This document shows positions 63,430 through 64,000 of a DNA stretch of 64,000 nucleotides, piece by piece (position 1 is the stretch's first letter; the number at the start of each line of letters is the position of its first letter). The DNA is taken from contig NC_058373.1 of NCBI RefSeq assembly GCF_018350175.1, positions 104,100,001 through 104,164,000 of the forward strand. The letters run 5' to 3'. The translations under genes and the position numbers were made by a program. The notes beneath the pieces are model-generated. The model had not been told where the DNA came from. It made no database searches and was given only the letters and a program-made list of their open reading frames with translations. The stretch is from Felis catus (lineage: Eukaryota).

Positions 63430-63500
63430 AGGAGAGGAAAAGAGGGGAGGAGAGGAGAGGAGAGGAGAGGAGAGGAGAGGAGAGGAGAGGAGAGGAGAGA
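63430..63500. repeat. (GAGAG)n purine microsatellite
   Basis: Seen directly. Confidence 0.95.
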
Positions 63501-63714
63501 AAACAGAAAGGAAAAGAAAAAAGAATGAAAAGAAAGGAACAGAAAGAAAAGCATTCTTGCCAGCGTCGACCCACATCACTAAACAAATGTTCAACAAGTA
63601 TTTTCGACACCCACAGTGCCCACAAATGTCAATTCAGCCCTAATGTCATGTCAGATTTTCACTGATGCCGTTTGGGTTGGTTGTTTCCACGTAGACTGTA
63701 TGATAAAATAATGA

Positions 63715-64000
63715 TGCCAATAGCACTACCATTTACTGAGCTCTTACTACACTTCTGGTGCTAAATCTTACTATAACTTGCTTCTTACTAAAACTCTTCC
63801 TACGTAGGCAAAGTCCCACGTAGGCAAAGTAGCGTTCATTGATTCATTCATTCACTCAACAAGTATCGACTGCCCGTTGCAGAAAAAGGCGGTATCTGAT
63901 AATAGGAAGTACACAGGCTTTGGAATAATACAGCTTGAACTTGAGTTCCCGCCCTGTGAGCTGCAGGTTGTATGCCTTTGGACAAGCGATTCACTCCTTC
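63715..64000. mobile_element. MIR and L2 tail fragments
   Basis: CATTTTACTGAGCTCTTAC, TTCATTCATTCACTCAACAAGTAT, CCTTTGGACAAG motifs. Confidence 0.6.

Noticed and set aside
63054..63625. 166-aa and overlapping minus ORFs with LLSSP repeats
   Set aside because: Opened by the (CTCCT)n microsatellite.

Overview
Mammalian, almost certainly felid (cat family), genomic DNA: it carries about 37 carnivore tRNA-derived SINEs (Can-SINEs), seven of them the young felid SINEC_Fc type. I recognise no host protein-coding exon, tRNA, rRNA or miRNA. Nearly every ORF in the supplied track is a SINE, L1, ERV or microsatellite translation or a short chance frame. The window looks intergenic or intronic and is dominated by transposon fossils: L1 3' fragments, L2/MIR/CR1 remnants, MaLR and LTR16 solo LTRs, class III ERV (ERV-L) gag/pol remnants, and hAT and Tigger DNA transposons. 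The best non-repeat signal is a GC/CpG-enriched, motif-dense block at about 13.5-14.15 kb with two minus-strand exon-like units, which may be the 5' end of an unidentified transcript. The clearest structural findings are an L1 3' transduction with its own poly(A) signal (35.5-36.7 kb), a probable ERV-L nested inside another ERV-L (17.0-20.1 kb), a zero-spacer inverted SINE pair (23.5-24.0 kb), a palindromic CTCF-like site (51.72 kb) and several multi-layer transposon nests. I found no supportable novel protein-coding system. Repeat subfamily names come from recalled consensus sequences and need Dfam/RepeatMasker confirmation; boundaries of old repeats are approximate.
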